Shown here in pieces: positions 27,590-38,569 of a stretch of 64,000 nt of DNA (its first letter is position 1; each line of letters opens with the position of its first letter). The position numbers were made by a program, and so were the translations under genes. Source of the stretch: Geosiphon pyriformis uo1 (taxonomy: Eukaryota > Fungi > Glomeromycota); the NCBI GenBank assembly GCA_016748015.1, contig JAAOMT010000697.1, positions 124,001-188,000 of the forward strand. The letters are read 5' to 3'. Under the pieces are notes generated by a model. The model had not been told where the DNA came from, did not search any database, and worked only from the letters and a program-made list of their open reading frames with translations.

Positions 27590-28817
27590 GGTGAGAAGAT
27601 GAAGAAGAAAAATTGGTCAAATGTTAGTTTTTTCTATCTAATCTAAATTTTGGGACGAAATCTCTTTTCATGTCGCGTCATTATATCTGTTGATCCCAAT
27701 TAAGTCTAAACCGGGTTTCAAATTTTTCAAAAAAACACGAACAATATCTTCTGATTGTTTTAATTTAAATATAATATTTAAGTAATTTAAGTTAATTTAA
27801 GTTAATTAATCAAAATCTTTTATTTATTTTATTACTTTTATTCTTTATAATATTGTTTTACAGCGAAATTTTAATCAGTTATTTTTTACTGATTTTACAA
27901 TCTGAATAAAATATTTATTTATTATTTTAATAAGAATAGCCGACTATTAAATATTTCTTTCAAGTCACTCTGCAATGATCTCTTATTCCAGATGTTAACT
28001 TTAATTATTTTAAACTAGTAACAGCCTTAGAATTTAAGCATCTATTAGTTTTTTATACACCGATTTTTGTATTAATGATGATTACTTATAGTGTTACTTA
28101 ATTTTGATTTATTCTATTGCTAATTAGGGTTTTTAACTTTAATTCTTGTTTTGTATGAAAAATACCAAAAAGATCATAAAGAATATAGTAACTCTTTTGT
28201 ATTCATTTCAACCATTAATACCTTTTTAAGGATAAAAAAATAGATGATACCATTTGCAACTCATCATGAAATCCTTCTAAGCATAATCTTGAACAAATAA
28301 TAAATAATAAATAATAAATAATTTTTCTAACTCTCCATTTTCGATAATGTTCTGGCAAGAAAATTTTTCATACCGTTTTTATAATTTCCTGGCATTCGAT
28401 TCATTCGCGATGGGAATTGCTAGCTGAAACTAGGGGATCTAAAATTAGGATTTCTGGATACCTACTTAAAGTTGACCATATGTAAAGAGTGAAAGATATT
28501 GTATTTTCAGTTTGCGATTTTAGGTCAATGTAAGAAAGAAAATTTTTTTGTTACTCCTTATTATATCTAATTATAAATTTTTTTTAATATACTAAATGAG
28601 TACATTTATTTTTGTATAATGATAATTTCTAAAGTATTGTATGGACAAAAAAGTTTTATTAATGGCCGGTTTTAATATCTTGCTTTACCTTCAGATGCTT
28701 CGATCGAAAAGGAAAATCTTAGTAATTACGCAATTGATTGGAGAATATTAAATGATAGTGGTCGTCTGGATTTCAAATTAATTAAATTTAAATAAGCCAA
28801 ACCATGCGATCACAAAA

Positions 28818-29449
28818 TTTTTGTTGATATTACGTCACGCGTTTTCTTTCCGATTATTTACTCATGCGCTGAAGATTTTTTCAAATCTCCATTTCTACCC
28901 TTTCCCACCTTTACAACAAAACATACGACTTCCTTACCATGAAGGATACTGAGGAAGATTATTTAGAAAAGACTTCGTCGGCTATGTGGACCCTCGACGA
29001 TTTCTGTAGCTGGTGTGCAAACGAACGGTTTATGGATAGAAAAAAAATCTTGGATCATATCAAGAGACGTCTCCAAGATGTCGACAAGACTAAATTAATT
29101 CCGGAGGAAATGAGGCAGAAGGCATTTGAACTGCTGGAGAATTTAAAGGCAAGTAAATTTTTATAATACGCTGGGATAGAATTTGTATGTGGCCTGAGGA
29201 GACTACTTGTTTCTTCGAGTTGCTACATATTTGAAGAGGCATTACGAAGATGTCGGACTAAGTCAGGAGATTTTAAATTTAGCTCAATTCAAATCAACTT
29301 AAATTGATTGGTAATCTCGTGAAGATTGAAGGGATCCGAGGAGCTTTACATGAAGCCCAAAAACTCGTGGGGACCAAAAAAAATCCTCAAATTTTGTTCG
29401 AAGATGAGGTATTAACTTTACCATCTCCAGTTGATATGCAAGAGAATGA
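28818..29449 (+). repeat. Left arm of a ~630 bp near-perfect inverted repeat
   Basis: Reverse complement of 30182-30812, with only a few substitutions and a 1-bp indel. Confidence 0.95.
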
Positions 29450-30181
29450 CTGTATGCATGAAGATGTCGGCTATATTTTTGAGCTTTTACGTTATGCGTA
29501 TGTTTTGTAATTTCTCATATATTCGTATTTTTATGAATACATGTAATTTAATTATGCATTTAATAGATGTGAATGGATTTCAGAATCAATTCATCGCGTC
29601 ATAACTCTGAACGGAATATAGATATGTTTGTAAAACGTCATATTTTCTCTCGTTTAAAGGGCGTCGTTGATCAACACTTGTAATTATTATTTTTTCTTTT
29701 TGATCTTCGTAATTAAAGCTTTTTGTTGATTGTATTAGTGGGGAAATGGTATCTTGCGCATCACGTGATCGCAGAGTAAATGCCTCTGATTTTTTAACAA
29801 CGCAGAAGGATATCACGTGGATTGGATGTTTACGGTAGGTTTACTCTATATATTATCATTATTGATAATATTTAAATTACTAACAGTAATTTTTTAATAG
29901 CGGCATGATCTTTCCAACAAATCATGGGGATAGGAATTTTCTATGTATGAACGTGCTGGATCCAAAACTGACAACAAAACAAAAATTGATTCTGACACTT
30001 TGAAACTCCAAAAAACGTTGAGACATGCATAAAACCCTTAAGGACATTTCTGCAGCAGGCAATGGAGCGGTTACAAAACCAGTGCTCAATGGATTTTCCA
30101 AGTTAATAATGCCTGGATTTGTTTCTTCTTTTTTTATTCACATAATTTGGGTTATTTATGTTGGGTGCTGGCTTTTATGAT
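28939..30181 (+). pseudogene. Degenerate multi-exon gene of an expanded fungal family, possibly with a restriction-endonuclease-like (Crinkler-type) C-terminal domain; cut off at 3' by the inverted duplication
   Basis: Exon-like segments MKDTEED..., LIGNLVKIEGIRG..., ISGEMVSCASRDRR, GYHVDWMFT and EFSMYERAGSKTDNKTKIDSDTLKLQKTLR, with in-frame stops and frameshifts. The family assignment is from motif resemblance only. Confidence 0.5.
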
Positions 30182-30812
30182 TCATTCTCTTGTATATCAA
30201 CTGGAGATGGTAAAGTTAATACCTCATCTTCGAACAAGATTTGAGGATTTTTTTTGGTCCCCACGAGTTTTTGGGCTTCATGTAAAGCTCCTCGGATCCC
30301 TTCAATCTTCACGAGATTACCAATCAATTTAAGTTGATCTGAATTGAGCTAAATTTAAAATCTCCTGACTTAGTCCGACATCTTCGTAATGCCTCTTCAA
30401 ATATGTAGCAACCCGAAGAAACAAGTAGTCTCCTCAGGCCACATACAAATTCTATCCCAGGGTATTATAAAAATTTACTTGCCTTTAAATTCTCCAGCAG
30501 TTCAAATGCCTTCTGCCTCATTTCCTCCGGAATTAATTTAGTCTTGTTGACATCTTGGAGACGTCTCTTGATATGATCCAAGATTTTTTTTCTATCCATA
30601 AACCGTTCGTTTGCACACCAGCTACAAAAATCGTCGAGGGTCCACATAGCCGACGAAGTCTTTTCTAAATAATCTTCCTCAGTATCCTTCATGGTAAGGA
30701 AGTCGTATGTTTTGTTGTAAAGGTGGGAAAGGGTAGAAATGGAGATTTGAAAAATCTTCAGCGCATGAGTAAATAATCGGAAAGAAAACGCGTGACGTAA
30801 TATCAACAAAAA
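30182..30812 (-). repeat. Right arm of the ~630 bp inverted repeat (inverted copy of promoter and first exons)
   Basis: Encodes the same MKDTEEDYLEKTSSAMWTLDDFCSWC... peptide on the minus strand, with one D/N difference. Confidence 0.95.
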
Positions 30813-33800
30813 GTTTTTTGAATTTTTTGTGATTATTATCAATGCGATATATTTATTCTCACATTCTAATATAAGGTTTGATATATTATTCTCTTTTCCC
30901 CCTCTATTTAGAACCCGGATGAAAACAACAATCGTGGAGTTAATTATTCCCAAAAAATTCCCATATAACATTTAATAAATTGAAAAAATTTTTGTAAACT
31001 TGGTTTGGTTTATTTAAATTGGGTTTTTTTTTGGAATATTTTTTGTTAGAGTAAACAAAAAAAAATCCTAACATGAAGTTAGATCACTGTTAATGAGTGC
31101 GATAATTAGGTTTCTAAGTTAATATTATTATTGAAAATTGTAAATTGCCAACCAATTTTTTAATAACTTGGTAATATTTAACTTTTTTAATAAAAATTAA
31201 ATTAAATATGAAATTTTTTTAAAAAAGTTGTAAATAATACAGATCAATAAATAATAAATTAACAAATATTTAAAAAAAACTAAATTTAATAAAAAAATTT
31301 ATTATTATTATTATTATTATTTTAACATACAAAGCTTAATTATTATTTATTACAATATAACAAATTAAGTATTTTAAAATAAATATAATTTACACATTTT
31401 TTACATATGACCAAACATAAATCCAGTTTAAACTAAACTATGTTGAATTGAAAATTTATTTTAAGAAGATATTTTATACATATAAACAATCAATATTTTT
31501 TATTTTTTTTTATTTGCTTAATGAATAAGGTCCAAACACTACCTAATACTATACATCAAAGAAATAATCTAAACTAGGCATGAATCATGCACTTTCTACA
31601 TGTGACCAGTCACTCAGGCCAATCAGAACAAAATTATGCAGCTATGTGAACTGAAACTGGATCATCTATACCCAAAAAAACAAACAAGGCTTGCAAAAGC
31701 CAAACTGAACACCAAAAGCATCAGTAACACCAAGCAATTTGACCACCCCAGCAAAAAACCTCAAAGTCAAACCAGAAACCAAAATAAAAGCCAAACCATC
31801 AAGGAGAATCAACTCATTTCTTTCCATATAAGCTTGATGTTTAGCATAAACTGACCAAACATCCTCCCTAAAAGCTAAACCAAAAGAGCAGACAAACTTG
31901 ACAACCTCCAAACAAGCAATCTTAGAATTATAGAAGACAGAGACAGCTTTATGATACCAACCACTAAAAACAAAACCCTTACAAAGAGCCATAAACACAG
32001 GAGAATCAGAACCACAGAATGATAGCAACTGCAAAACTCCAGAAAAGGAATGAGAAAAGCCAGAAACCGCTCTCCAGAAATCTACATGAGATTCCAATAT
32101 CCAATATCAAACAGATTTATCAACTCTACAAGAAAACACATAATCCGACACCTCAACATTACCACAATATAAGCATAACACACTAGAATAAAATCTATTA
32201 TAAAGGCGTTTCTGTACAGCAACCAGCAGTCGATAGTGCAAAGCTTTCATATAGTATGTGTATGTATTAGCCAAGAGTCTGCTGGTAAAACTGGCAGCCA
32301 TGTGCAAATCAGGATGCCACACCAAAGACAAACAAAGTCAATCAATCTTGGAAATCAAATCATACATCAAAAACTTGGAACCAAACCCAATCTCCCAGCA
32401 TGTACAACAAATAGAACAATAAATATCATGTACAAAATGTCTAGAATTGTCAGAAACAACACTATTATCAGCCACTATGAAGTGTTCATCCAAGTGAGAA
32501 GAAAGACACCAACTAGAAAAAAAGGCTGCACCAGCAATCACATCAGTTTGTTCATTTCCTAAAATGCCAGAGTGACTCTTTATCTTGTGCCAATTAACTC
32601 TTAAATTTTTACTACAAATAACATTAACAATATGTCAATGCTTAATCCAGCACTTATTGTGAAAGTCAGAACACATCAGACTCAATTCCAATTTACAAGC
32701 ATCTAAAGCAGATTGACTATCTGAAAACAAATGAACAGAACTAGATACAGAAACACACTCCAGGGCCAATACAATAGCCTGCAATTCTGCCATAGCCAAC
32801 AACATCAAACCTGATATATCAACACCCAAACCCAAATTAATGTTCTCAAAAAAAGCAGCAGTGCTAACCTTACAGCCAACTGTGCCCAACTCCTTTAAAG
32901 ATCTATTCATATACACAGACAAACTACTAGAACTAATTCAAGAAAAATGGTCACAAATAGATACATAATCTTCAGATTCAAGAATGTTCTGACAACCAAT
33001 TCCACTCAAATCCAAGAGATAAGCAGAGGAGAGAGCTAAACCACTAAGAAATACCACAGAAATCTTGAACCATTCAGGAATAGGGCCACGAAAGTCCAGT
33101 CTCTTCCATCACTTAAAAATACACCAGTCAAAAACAGCACCACTACTATTCCAAAGTTGATCCACAAAAGCTACACCATATCGATAGAGAAAAGGAAGAA
33201 ACTTGAGAAACCTAGACTTGCCCAGAACAGCAAACATAAGAGTTCCATCATTAAACTGAAAAGAATTGGCCAAAAAGCTACTCAGAGATAGATTGCAATC
33301 AAGAAGAATACGGACCATGTCTGCCAGAAAGTTATTTGAAGCACTAACATGCACATAAACAAAAAAATTCAATAGATGAACAGGACACTAATACAGAACT
33401 TGTAAGTCATGTGATCTGTAAAAAAACAAGTGACCTAAAACTCCACCAGAGTTCGCAAAATTAACTAGGGAAGCAACTTTACTTTTAAACTAAACTTGCA
33501 CAAAAGATTTCAAACCATAAAAGGAAGGGTGGTAAATTGTGTCACTGGAAAAATCAAGCAGTAGACCAGATTTAAGCTTTAAGCCTTTGTGAATCAGAGC
33601 ATCCCACTTGTTGCACACACCAACAGGAACAAAGCTGAATTGCGTTCTATAACTGACTATAGAATGGAAAACTGCTAATACTAAATACAAAAGCTGTTTA
33701 TCTGAGATAGCCTTTCTTAGAACCAGATTGGTGAAAAAACAAGTGTCTGAATTTGCCTTAGCCAAACTAAGCTTTGAGAGATCCTCAGTTGAGAAAAAAA

Positions 33801-36800
33801 TACCCAAATACTGATGAGATTCACTCTTTTTGGCAATGGAGATTAGTAAATCACTAATGGAAAGAGAAAGATCACTGGCCTTGCTGTTGATAAGAATGAC
33901 CATTGTTTTGTTATTATTAATAGAAATGTTATTAATTCAAAAAAATTCACCAGTAACATCAAGAATGTGTTTAGTAGCTCTCTGACTGCTACCAACCCAA
34001 ATTGTATCATCAACAAAAGTGCCAGCAGTAAAAAAAGAAAAAAGTTCAGCCCGAGTCTCAGCACGACTGTATTTGAAAATAAAATGAGAATTCAATCTAT
34101 ACTCACATACACTCTCCTAATGCTTAATCTTACACAATAGAGGGTCATAAAATATGTGCCATAGGAGAAAGGAAAACACCTCTCCTTGGTCCAGACTATT
34201 ATGCACACAATAATCATCTGTTAAACCAAAATCTGTTATAACTCTGTTGGTATGGTCCCTATGAATACCACTGAAAAAACAAATAAACTTGCTGCACATT
34301 TTGATTATGACCAAACTCTTCTCAAGATGTTCTCAGCCAACTGAATTGTATGCCTTCCACATGTTTTGCAAAACCAGCCAAAGCTTCTGGTCTTTTTCCA
34401 AAGCATTCTTGATAACCAAACTAATAGCAAAAATGGGAGACTGAATCAACGTACTCTTCAAAACCAAAAAATTGTCCCCACAAAGAACATCAAAAATGCT
34501 GCATGCCAAAGAAATTCTGTCAGAAAGAATTTTAGAAAAGATCTTATAAGTTGTCTTAATTAAAGCAATAGGATGGGTATTTATCAGAATACCTTTCAAC
34601 TTATATGATTTAAGAATTATTAAGACCCAAGCCTCCTTCCAAGAGCTGGGTACAGATTCACTAAACAAACAGGAATTCAAAAGCACCAAAAACATATCCA
34701 AAACTGACTTATTACAATGCTTTCAAAGCTTATTCGACACACCTAAGAGACCAGCAGCTTTGCCATCCAGCAAATCAGAAACCACATCAACCAATTCATC
34801 AAATTTAATCAAACACATGACACCAAAAAAAGCCTTATCAAAAACATACTCCAATGATTGATATTGGTGGCATCAGTCACCAAAGATATCATCTATCACT
34901 TTGCACTTCCTAGTCCAACTTTCCATAATTACATTCATCTTAAATTTAACTAAATCAGGTTCCAGAATTAGCTCATTATCAACTACCAAATGATCAAGTG
35001 CCATTTTGTGAAAGGGACATTCTAGCACATTTCTAATTGTATGACTCTTATTAACCTCAAAGCTCTTCATCCTTCTATTAATAGCTAATCTGATGTTTGT
35101 CTCCTTAGCCTTCAGAGATTTGGCTAGCTTGGCAGCATGATAAGACTTTCTAACACTAAAGAGAGCAGAACAGACATGATCAGAATCAGCACCAAAGCTT
35201 ACAATATCCTGAATGACTAAAGCCTTAACATTGTCCAAAAAAACTTAGCATCTCATAAGAGAATCAAAATTCACAATACTTTTCTTACATAAAACCCTGA
35301 CAATCTTAGAAACCAAGAGCTCTAACTTATAAAACCTCAAAAATTTCTTGGTGAAAACATCATCAAAGTTCTTGAACTATTTCTTCTTAAACATCTTATT
35401 AGCTAAAAAAACTATTATTTTGTAAATGGTATTCCATATCGCATCCAAATCTGAAAATTTCATGGAGGTGGCAAACTTATTTGAGAACATCACAGCATTA
35501 GCTAACGTGGCACCTTTAAAGTTGTCTTATTTGGTCTTATCAGCATCTTTGAACTCAAACTTTCACCAATCCCTATTTACTTGCTTACAAAAATAATTCA
35601 ACCATACATCTAAAAATTCACCCAGACCCACAAACACAAAACAGCCCAATAATCAGTATTAAAAAATTCACCAACATCAGACACTTTATGATCCACCACA
35701 GTATTGACCAAATTTGAAAAGATAAACAAGAAATCAATAGTCTTAGTCATGCCCTAAGAGTTAGCCCATGTGGACGTTTTGACATAAGAACTTTTACTCA
35801 AAGAATTAACCAAACCAAGATCTAGACACTTTTTAAAACTAACATATCTTTGGGAGCTATCTTCATTGAAGTTGTCATCCAAAACTACAAATGATAATTT
35901 ATTAACTGCTTTTGCTATCACAGAATTGATATCATTGGCCTAAAAAAAATAAACAGCCAGAAATGCCTTAGCATAAAGCCCCAAAATTGACACAGAAAGT
36001 TTATTTTTGAATAACAGCTTAACTGAAAGGAGCTGACCAGGCACCTCAGAGACCTTACAAATATGACGAGCTAGAGAAATGTTCATAATGATTGCAACTC
36101 CAGCACCAAGAAAACCCTTGTCCAATCCAGATGAAAAAACTCTAACTCCATTGAACTTATCCTTAATCCAAGACTCATTGCTAAACCTCAGCTTTGTCTC
36201 TGTAATTATTGAAACCAAATTCCCAGAATCTCTATGCCAACAGATAATGTCTTTCTGCTTGGCAGAAACATTAATGCTTTGAACATTACATGTTGTGAAT
36301 TTCCACACAAAATTATTCATTGGGGAATAAGAGAAGTTGACAAACCCAAGCCAGAGCACAAACAATCTAATCTTTTCAAAACAGCTTCAACTGACATCTT
36401 CAAAGCCACCATTTTGGATTCTAATCTACCCACCTTGGTGGTCAAAACTTTAGAACTACTTGAACTGAGATTAGCAACTAAGTTTGTAACAACAACCAAA
36501 AGAGAGAAAGGAGGAGATGCTAGTGTATTATCCAGAGCCATTTCTGAGTCCAAATTAGATGCAACAGGTGCAAAAACGACCAAAAAAGAGACATAAGATT
36601 TGGATGCCAAAGGCACCAATCCCACAAAGCTCAATTTTTTCATAATGCCCGAAATTTGATCTACCAAGAGCTTCAAAGAGCATTTTAGAGAAGCCAATCA
36701 GTTAACCAAACAGGAATCACCAAGGGAATTAGAAACCAACAAGACAGGTTTTACACCAGAAAACAAACCAATACTAAAAAAATCTGACAAAACTGCACAA

Positions 36801-37849
36801 GAGAAAGAACTACTAGCAATCTGGGCCCAAGTTTTTCCACCAAAAGAAACTGGATAAACAATTAGTGCCTGTTTTTTCTTATATATATTGGCCAAACAGA
36901 CCCAATATTACTGAAGGTTTTTGGTCTCTTCTTAGCTCTTGTATGTTTGTTGTAATGCTGTTAATTCATGACTATGGAAAGTGTTTGAACCTCTGATAAC
37001 TGAATTTATCTTCAAATTATCTTCTATAATTTGAACTGCTGGGCTTATAAGTGGAATAGCCAATTCTTTGCCAATTACTTTATGTAGTTACATTATAGTA
37101 AACGTCAACTTTTTCCCAAGAATTACTTATCTGGAAGCTTACTAAAAATGTGTAGTTACTTTGCTGTAAAAGTCAACTCTTCTACAGGAATCTTGTCTGT
37201 AGGTTACTCTAATGATTGTAATAAGAAAAGAAAAGAAATATAAAAGAAATATAAAAGAAATAGAATTTTATCAAGAGAAACGTTTTCTATCCAAATCTGA
37301 AGTCACTAACAGTTTACTGAAATTGATAGCTAATTAATTTCGAAATGTTAGTTGGGTTTTGGGGATTTTCCAAGTACAATAATTAAAGAATTTGGTTTTT
37401 CAAATTATTTGATATTTATTTCTTTTTGTGTGTGTAAGAATAGTTCTAAATAATAAATCTAAAGTAAGATACATTTTCTTGAAAAGAGAAGCTCTTCTTT
37501 TATACAACTTGTTGTAACACTATTCTATGAACTTAAACTTTGCTATTTTCTATAATTTCACTAAATTAAAGATACATTTCGGTGAACTATAAGTTATTTC
37601 TGTGAACTATTAGATATTTTGGTAAACTATCAATTATTTCGGCGAATTTCTACAAATTTCGGCAAACTTTTGAATGTTATATATTTTGGGGTATTGCATG
37701 ATTGATCATTGCACTTAGGTTACATTTGTGTTATATACAAATTGGGTTATTAATTAAATGATAATTTCAGACATTTTGCTAATGTAATAAGTGATAATTT
37801 GAAATGATAATATATGCTAATTAATGATAAGAATAAAGATAATTTCATG

Positions 37850-38569
37850 CTAAATAATATCTCTAATTTTGTCTGGTAATATAACCTTCTTCTCAAGACT
37901 GAGCTCCATCGAAGTCCAAGTACTGTCTGTAATTTTCAGATAGTAATCCAAAATTATTGAAGAAATTTGGTCTGAAAATTGTTGAAATTTCAGTTCTGTG
38001 AGTTTTCCAATGTATTGAATCTTCAGAGGTTGTAAAATTGGGTTTTGTAGGACGTTTTCATAGGTGTGGAATAGGTCATAAAGTCTAAGAGCAGCTCTTA
38101 GTTTATAATAACTGTTTGTAGGTCTAGCTGTTGTCTTGAATTTGTTGTGGGATTGTTTTTGAATAGATTTTTTTGTGAGGTTTGCTGTTGTAAGTTCCAG
38201 TTTTTGTTCATAGAGTGTTTTTCCAATGTGAAAATATCTATAGATTGAAGGGTATTCAGTGCTTTCCTCATTGAGACACAGTTGAATTTTTTGTTGAATT
38301 GTAGTATTTGGTAGAATACTAATCGAAGTAAGCATTAAGTTTTCTCTTAAAGCAAGCTTTAAAAGTTCTGGCAGGTAAATTCCAGAATAACTTCTTGTGT
38401 TCTTCTTATATGGATAATATTTTCGTGACTTTGGGGCTAAATTTGTAACTACTTCTGTTTGGGTATAATTAATGTGGTTTGTAGTAACAGTAATGGATAA
38501 TTCAGGTATTGTTTTTAAAGCTAATATTAGTTTTTGGAATAATTGTTGAATGTTTTGAGGAATAGTCAT
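37850..38569 (-). CDS. Gypsy ORF3 (239 aa, unknown function) between integrase and 3' LTR, intact in copy A
   Basis: ATG-initiated open frame running through the PPT into the LTR. Clear homologue at 47229-47936 (shared YFHIxKTLYEQKLEL, YKLRAAxRLYDLF, QYIGKLTELKFQQFSDQI). Confidence 0.8.
   Translation of the reverse strand: MTIPQNIQQLFQKLILALKTIPELSITVTTNHINYTQTEVVTNLAPKSRKYYPYKKNTRSYSGIYLPELLKLALRENLMLTSISILPNTTIQQKIQLCLNEESTEYPSIYRYFHIGKTLYEQKLELTTANLTKKSIQKQSHNKFKTTARPTNSYYKLRAALRLYDLFHTYENVLQNPILQPLKIQYIGKLTELKFQQFSDQISSIILDYYLKITDSTWTSMELSLEKKVILPDKIRDII

Noticed and set aside
30693-30971. N-terminal extension making the 168-aa ORF 30465-30971
   Set aside because: It is not open in the left-arm copy (1-bp indel) and partly lies outside the repeat. 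The shared start is MKDTEED, so this is a chance open frame.
31575-31625. CTGAGTGA...GAAA in the LINE 3' UTR as a hammerhead ribozyme
   Set aside because: The core is not CUGANGA, the GAAA lies in a hairpin loop, and the second copy lacks the motif. An ordinary stem-loop fits better.
37850-38569. ORF3 as a retroviral envelope gene
   Set aside because: It is short, with no visible signal peptide, transmembrane anchor or clear fusion-protein pattern.
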